From an uncultured Oscillospiraceae bacterium (GTDB lineage: Bacteria > Bacillota > Clostridia > Oscillospirales > Oscillospiraceae): a stretch of DNA of 50,492 bases. Position 1 is the first letter of the stretch. Each line of letters begins with the position of its first letter. A model generated the notes under the pieces. It made no database searches and was not told where the DNA came from. It saw only the letters and a program-made list of their open reading frames with translations. Where the stretch lies: the NCBI GenBank assembly GCA_964588975.1, contig CAZPRA010000002.1, positions 1 to 50,492 on the forward strand, read 5' to 3'. The position numbers and the translations under genes are program-made. Positions 48,843 to 50,492 of this stretch are shown here, piece by piece.

Positions 48843-49709
48843 ATGCTGGGTGATCTTCATATCCATATGGTTCTCGACGGCGTGGATTTCCGCCGCGCCA
48901 TCGCTTCGCACCGGCCGGAACCCGACTGCCACGCCATTGTCTCTGTGCTGGAGCGCTATGCCCAAATGGGCATTTCCTTTCTGCGCGATGGCGGCGATGC
49001 CTGGGGTGTGAGCCTGATGGCCAGAGAGCTTGCGCCTCAGTTTGGAATTGACTATCGTTCCCCAGCCTTTCCCATCCATGTCAGAGGGCATTACGGCAGT
49101 TTTATTGGCAAGGGATTTTCCACGTTTGAAGAATATCTGGCGCTGCTGGACGAGGTGGAACGCCAGAAAGGAGATTTTGTCAAGCTGATGATCTCCGGGC
49201 TGATAGATTTTTCCCGTCCGAATACCTTAACGGAAGACGGTTTGGAGCCAGAACGGATCCGAACCATGATCTGCGCAGCCCACGAAAGGGGCTTTGCAGT
49301 GATGGTTCATGCCAACGGCGACGCGGCGGTCAATGCTGCACTGGATGCTCAGGTGGAGTCTGTGGAGCATGGCGCCTTTTTGGGGCAAGCCACCCTTCGC
49401 CGTCTGGCTCAGTCTGGGACTTTGTGGGTGCCCACCCTGTCCACCATCGGAAATCTGCTGCACTGCGGGCGCTACCCTGACGAGGTTCTTGCCCCTTTGC
49501 TTCATGAGCAACAGGAAAAGGTTCGATTTGTGGCAGAGCGTGGCGGAAGAATTGGTCTTGGCAGCGATGCCGGAGCCTTCCGGGTCTTGCACGGCACTGG
49601 CACAGAAACGGAGTATTGGTATCTCAAGGAAGCGCTGGGAGAGCACACAGACCGTCTTCTCTCCCAAAGCGAACATTATGCCAGAATTCATTTTCAACAG
49701 CAGAAATAA
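48843..49709 (+). CDS. Amidohydrolase superfamily metalloenzyme
   Basis: DLHIH, FVKLMISG, MVHANG, SVEHG, VPTL, GSDAG. AGGAGG RBS. Confidence 0.85.
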   Translation: MLGDLHIHMVLDGVDFRRAIASHRPEPDCHAIVSVLERYAQMGISFLRDGGDAWGVSLMARELAPQFGIDYRSPAFPIHVRGHYGSFIGKGFSTFEEYLALLDEVERQKGDFVKLMISGLIDFSRPNTLTEDGLEPERIRTMICAAHERGFAVMVHANGDAAVNAALDAQVESVEHGAFLGQATLRRLAQSGTLWVPTLSTIGNLLHCGRYPDEVLAPLLHEQQEKVRFVAERGGRIGLGSDAGAFRVLHGTGTETEYWYLKEALGEHTDRLLSQSEHYARIHFQQQK

Positions 49710-49773
49710 CAAAAAGGCAGAATCAGTTTCATTCGTTGTGAGCTAATAAATTGAAAAAATATCCAGACAAACA

Positions 49774-49802
49774 TTGACAAACTGTTATTTTTCAGGTAAC
49801 AT
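49774..49802 (+). promoter_or_regulatory. Sigma-A promoter of the SLH gene
   Basis: TTGACA-17 bp-TAACAT. Confidence 0.65.
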
Positions 49803-49950
49803 ATATTTGTAAGTACGCCAAAGAATTCATGTCGTTTTTGCCGTTTTTCTTACCAAGAAAGGGTGATCATGATGTGCTGGTGAAAACGGAGAAATTTCAA
49901 TAATTCCAGAACAATCAAAACAAAACAATTAAGAAAGTGAGGTATTTAAC

Positions 49951-50492
49951 ATGAAACGTGTTATGATAATGCTGTTGGTGTCAGCGATTTTGTTGGGCAC
50001 AGTGATCGTGCCGGCAGGTGCCTCGGAAACTGGTTATACAGATGTTTCTAATGATGCATGGTATACTGAGTCCGTTGAATATGTTACCTCCAATGGATTG
50101 ATGAACGGTGTCAGTTCTGGTTGCTTTGCGCCGGATGGCGCAGTTTCCCGCGCTATGGCTGTCACTGTCCTGTGGCGCATGGATGGAAGCCCACTTTCTG
50201 ATTCACCCGCTAATCACCCTTTTTCAGATGTCTGTGAGAAGGATTGGCACTATAATGCAGCAGACTGGGCGCAACAAAACGGAATAGCCATTGGATATTT
50301 CCAATGCGCTATGTTCAATGGCATGCCTGTGCCTGAATTTCCCTCTTATTGGCTGTTTCCAGCGCAGAGCATTACCCGGGAAGAACTGGCAACCTTCTTA
50401 TACCGCTATGCAACCTATCTCTCCATGGACACCACGGCCATGACGGATTTGAGCGATTTTTCCGATGGGGAAACGGTTTCTGATTGGGCGAA
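49951..50492 (+). CDS. S-layer homology (SLH) domain protein, cut by the window end
   Basis: Translated by hand: signal peptide MKRVMIMLLVSAILLGTVIVPAGA, then YTDVSNDAWY..GLMNG..FAPDGAVSRAM, FSDV..ITREELATFLYRYA, FSDGETVSDWA. GAGGT RBS. Absent from the ORF track. Confidence 0.88.
   Translation, partial: MKRVMIMLLVSAILLGTVIVPAGASETGYTDVSNDAWYTESVEYVTSNGLMNGVSSGCFAPDGAVSRAMAVTVLWRMDGSPLSDSPANHPFSDVCEKDWHYNAADWAQQNGIAIGYFQCAMFNGMPVPEFPSYWLFPAQSITREELATFLYRYATYLSMDTTAMTDLSDFSDGETVSDWA

Overview
Core-genome window from a spore-forming Clostridia-type Firmicute. Gene content and protein style suggest Oscillospiraceae/Ruminococcaceae (inference, not a database result). No prophage, IS, CRISPR array, rRNA or tRNA was found. 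In order: tcdA, PrsA-like foldase, 6S RNA, DUF1292, a Cys-rich class A PBP, SAM methyltransferase, ecfA1A2T-truA-clpE/C-like, a Cof HAD, a Se-dependent xanthine-dehydrogenase-type molybdoenzyme with a polyferredoxin, a full shikimate operon, MATE, nucleoside kinase, an XRE-LiaF-like membrane regulator, a 47-aa Cys-rich peptide gene missing from the ORF track, LCP, livKHMGF, acyl-CoA ligase with DUF1624, pcrA-yunB-ligA, murT-gatD, pdxK-yfhO-fthC-HicB/DinB-like, amidohydrolase and a truncated SLH protein. The top candidate for an undescribed system is upstream of livK: a CodY-like box, a sigma-A promoter, a 61-codon Leu/Ile/Val-rich leader ORF and a full set of mutually exclusive stems (protector, antiterminator, terminator). 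This is the layout of a ribosome-mediated BCAA attenuator, here on an ABC transporter operon rather than the T-box usual in Firmicutes. Other leads: the Cys-rich peptide with a sigma-K-like promoter, a GatD/MurT pair lacking the canonical glutaminase residues, a terminator directly after the aro promoter, and Zn-ribbon-like modules in the PBP. Start codons were refined by RBS inspection and all family calls come from motif recognition by eye.
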